A program made the position numbers and the translations under genes. DNA of 64,000 nucleotides from Heterodontus francisci (lineage: Eukaryota). The notes beneath the pieces were generated by a model that worked only from the letters and a program-made list of their open reading frames with translations, searched no databases and was not told the origin of the DNA. Location: assembly GCF_036365525.1 (NCBI RefSeq), contig NC_090387.1:71015535-71079534 (forward strand). The letters run 5' to 3'. Below are positions 60,481-64,000 of the stretch, in pieces (the stretch's first letter is position 1; the number at the start of each line of letters is the position of its first letter).

Positions 60481-61005
60481 CTAGATGTAAATTTCTTGTT
60501 TGGTTGTTTCTTTGACACTCTTGGTGAAAGACTGGTCTTGAATCCTCACCTGCAGGCGCCCTTTTTTATTGTAGATCTTTTTGCCAGTCAACTTTTGCCT
60601 TTCAGCTATACGGCAAACTGCTAAACCAGCTTGCATTCTTTCATGATATCCATTTAATTTAAGGCACCGGTAACAAAATTTATATCTGCAATTGGGACAC
60701 GATACTGCTGGGCAGCCTCCCAGGCAATGTTCTGCTAGTGCTTCACAGTTGGGGCAGGCCCGTACTTTGGGACATTCATACACTGCACTAGCCTGGTCTT
60801 CGATTGTACCACAACCCAGAAGCAGAGCTGTCAGATTGCAGGATTCGTTACCACAGCTATCATTCTGCAAATCAGCATTCTTCCACTCCCTCAGACAGTC
60901 CCAGCAGAACTGAAAGGCTTTCTTTGATCGCTCTGAGCAAGGCGGGCACTGAACAGACAGCTGCTCCAGATCCATTCTCTGTACAAAGAGACCGCAGTTT
61001 GGACA
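60481..61005 (-). CDS. Last coding exon of an RBR/IBR-type Cys-rich E3 ubiquitin-ligase-like gene (resembles fish DDB_G0292642-like proteins); upstream exons not identified
   Basis: Acceptor TTTTGTCCCTTAG|TGT (phase 0) extends ORF 60481-60975 to CPNCGLFVQR. IBR-like CPNC..CPPC..FCWDC..W, then RING2-like RACPNC..EH..GC..CPNC..FCYRC; TAG stop. Confidence 0.85.
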   Translation of the reverse strand, partial: CPNCGLFVQRMDLEQLSVQCPPCSERSKKAFQFCWDCLREWKNADLQNDSCGNESCNLTALLLGCGTIEDQASAVYECPKVRACPNCEALAEHCLGGCPAVSCPNCRYKFCYRCLKLNGYHERMQAGLAVCRIAERQKLTGKKIYNKKGRLQVRIQDQSFTKSVKETTKQEIYI

Positions 61006-61228
61006 CTAAGGGACAAAATGAGAAAAGGTATTAGTGGTATAACTGTATCTATTTATGTTAGAATGTGAATGATGGGAACGTGAGTTTAGAACCGAAAAAT
61101 GGAGAACTGTACCATTTATATTTTGGCTTGACATCTCCTATTTCATCACACAGAACTACTACAAATTAGCCTGTTCCCGATTTTGCCGTGTTTGTTTGAA
61201 GATGTCTCTGCCACTGTGTTAATTATTA

Positions 61229-61440
61229 ATAAGAACATGGAACAGGAGTCGGCCATTCAGCCCTTTGAACTTGCTCAGCCATTGAACTAGGTCATGGCTG
61301 ATCTGTAGCTCAGCTCCATCTATTCACCTCAGCTCCATATCCTTAGATATGCTTATGAACAAAATATATCAATCTCAGTCTTGAATACACCAATTGTCCC
61401 AGCATCCACAGCCTTTTGAAGAGAGTATTTCAATTTCCTA
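61229..61440 (-). mobile_element. Old CR1 3'-end fragment
   Basis: ataagaacatggaacaggagtcggccattcagccc...catggctgatctg. Confidence 0.75.
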
Positions 61441-62022
61441 TTCACATTAGAACAGTTTGACATTCTCTAACACTTCCAAAAGCTCATGTGCTTAAAATTC
61501 AACATGTTACTTAATGTCTTCCTTTGACCTTTTGCCAGTGTTTAATTTTTTCTTTTGCAGATCTTGTGACCAAAGCTGGTCACAGTTCAAATATGCTCTC
61601 CTCATTCTTTTATAGTCAGCCTAACTTATTTGAATCTCTTGGCATTTCTCTTTCTACCAAACATCTCATCACCTTAGTCATTGCTTGTATACAATGTGCA
61701 CACTCAATTTCAATTTTTTTTTAAACATCCAGGGAATTTGAAACCTGTAAGAGCACATGATTATATGAGGGACAGGAGGCAAGGGGCTGAAGATTTCTGG
61801 AAATAGGTCACAAGTGCCACACGATGAGCTGTTTATTTTTATTAATCGCCAGTCTCTTTTATTTCCTATTAATAGCTGCAAAGGACTACGATGCTTATTC
61901 AATGTTTTAAAATGTTTTTATTCAGTTTACATTGTTACAATTTAACGCAGAGGTCATCTGACAGGCCTCTGCACAGTTTCCAGTTTTTGTTGAAGCTGGA
62001 ACTGAAGCATGAGGTCACAGAG

Positions 62023-62694
62023 TAAAGGCCTGCTACCCGGCCCAATCCCGACGGGACCTGCGACATGTGTCAGGCTCAGATCGGGCTCGATCGGACACAC
62101 TCTCTCACCACTTTAATGTTAATTTACTTCTTGGTCTTTAAAAGGTGGTTTTGTTAGTTATTTTAAGCTTGTGCAGGTAAGGAACAAAGTGAAAAATGGA
62201 AGGTAGTTTTAGTTTTTAGTTTTAGAGATACAGCACTGAAACAGGCCCTTCGGCCCACCGAGTCTGTGCCGACCATCAACCACCCATTTATACTAATCCT
62301 ACACTAATTCCATATTCCTACCACATCCTCACCTGTCCCTATATTTCCCTACCACCTACCTATACTAGGGGCAATTTATAATGGCCAATTAACCTATCAA
62401 CCTGCAAGTCTTTGGCATGTGGGAGGAAACCGGAGCACCCGGAGGAAACCCACGCAGACACAGGGAGAACTTGCAAACTCCACACAGGCAGTACCCAGAA
62501 TTGAACCCGGGTCGCTGGAGCTGTGAGGCTGCGGTGCTAACCACTGCGCCACTGTGCCGCCCTTCAGGTTAACTGACGGTCGGGTCGGGTCAGGCGCGGG
62601 GGAAAAATTGGAATGACTCGGGCTGGGTCGGGCTCGGATGGGGTTTTGTTGGGCTTGGGTCGGGTCTCATTTGCTGACCCGAGCAGGGCCTTTA
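62023..62694. mobile_element. Non-autonomous hAT-like DNA transposon
   Basis: TIR TAAAGGCC(C)TGCT, 8-bp TSD TCACAGAG (62015-62022, 62695-62702), subterminal CCCGA/TCGGG repeats. Confidence 0.85.
62205..62565 (-). mobile_element. HE1-type V-SINE nested in the hAT element
   Basis: Reverse complement of the 34532-34887 family; AGGT duplication at the flanks. Confidence 0.9.
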
Positions 62695-64000
62695 TCACAG
62701 AGTAGCTCTATGGCAAGTCAGGATGGTGCCATTTTTCCGGCAATTTCCCATTTTAGGTTCTGTCTCTTACCATACAGCCTGGAATCAGGTTCTCCACCCC
62801 CTACCCCATCTCACACAAAACCAGCCAGTTTACTGCATCTGCATCTCCCTCCATTTCAACTTTAGTCAGTCTCTTGCACTGTTGACCAGTCTCCCACTCG
62901 CTCTTTCCTGGTCCTGTACACTTCCTTCAGTTCTCGCCCCTCCTGAACTTTTCTACCTCTTCATCTTTACATTAACATCTTTTCCTTTTTGATGAATTTA
63001 GGGGTTCTACTGCACCTTCTTATATATTTTGCCTTTATACTAGCAAAGGCTTGGCAGCATCTCCCCTTCACTCCCGTTTAAGCTACAGTGCTGATGCCAA
63101 GTGGGAAAATATTAGAGGAGAGGAAATAACTAAAAAGGAATTAATTTACGCCAGTATGGCAACTGTGGGGCTGTATCTTTCATCACCGGGTTTGCCTTGG
63201 ATATTCTCTTGGGTATAGTGGTGCTGCTCATTTCTGTAAGTGGTCTGAACAGCTTGCATTCAGGATATGCCCCTACTGTCCGATATCCAATTATATAGTA
63301 GCATAAACCAGAGAGGGAAAATATAGGATCCCCTTTGTGATCTGAATTCCATATTGTGCATTTCACACACGCCCCATGTGCCCTTCTCCAATGTTTGAAC
63401 TCAAACTGAGCACCACTGTAAGAAGAAGCGAGATACGAATAATTAAATGGTTTTATTTTGCAGGCAGGAAATGAAGATACTGAGTAACAGATTCGCCTTG
63501 ATTCAACTGACTGCACAAAAACAGGAAATGGGTCATACTATCCTCATTTAGTGAGCTCGCTTAGCTTTATCTGGTCAGTCTTGCTGATTCAAACTGGTTG
63601 TGGGCTTGTGTTAGTTAAATTCCTCCTTACTAGGCCCAGATTCCTCCTCAAAGCTTTGTAATTTTATCCATTGCCCACATGTCTCCTTGTCCTTTTCTTG
63701 CTTTATAGGACTGGCCAGTGAGAGGGGACTGTCCATCTACCATCTTTTCCATTCAATGATTTCCCAGTAATTATGACCAGCTCCCCTTTAAACGGGTGTG
63801 GGGTTAAGAGAAAACATGAATAGAATCCATGGACCTAGGATGAGATGACCATGTGAAGTAGGCAGCAGGCTAACATGTTCTACAAACTGGCTCAACTAGC
63901 TTTAATAAACAGCTAAAAATACTCGTTTTTTAAAAAATTAAAACTTAGTTAATAAACATGGTTTTAAAACATAGTCCAATTCTCAATCATTTATGTGAAG

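Noticed and set aside
63130-63516. 128-aa minus ORF with acceptor-like sites as an upstream RBR exon; also a hydrophobic plus-strand stretch followed by GTAAGT (~63160-63240)
   Set aside because: No RING1 or other recognisable motif, no convincing partner splice site, and no supporting exons.

Overview
This is vertebrate genomic DNA, almost certainly a cartilaginous fish (shark), judged by the HE1-type V-SINEs, HER1/CR1 LINEs, Penelope-like ends and L2 tails. It holds two host genes. (1) A complete six-exon immunoglobulin-superfamily receptor gene on + (CDS 3426-21629, 361 aa as I splice it): leader, a germline-joined NKp30/NCR3-like VJ domain with no RSS, a C1-set domain, an uncharged TM with a juxtamembrane Cys cluster, and a tail with ITIM-like tyrosines. 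That is a non-rearranging, antigen-receptor-like VJ-C1 membrane receptor. (2) The last coding exon of an RBR/IBR-type Cys-rich E3-ligase-like gene on - (60481-61005). Most of the rest is transposons and tandem repeats. A Gmr1-like Gypsy element (PR-IN-RT-RH order) forms the base of a 16.5 kb nested stack. There are also many CR1s, RTE, L2, Penelope ends with hammerhead motifs, solo LTRs, a TRIM-like mini LTR element, hAT- and Harbinger-like MITEs and two minisatellites. The most unexpected element is a TSD-bounded, ORF1-less LINE (52275-55554, -) that begins with a tRNA-derived Pol III A/B-box head. By eye it has no TTTT on its sense strand over ~3.27 kb, and a SINE consisting of its head plus tail lies at 16927-17315. 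All coordinates and counts were read by eye.
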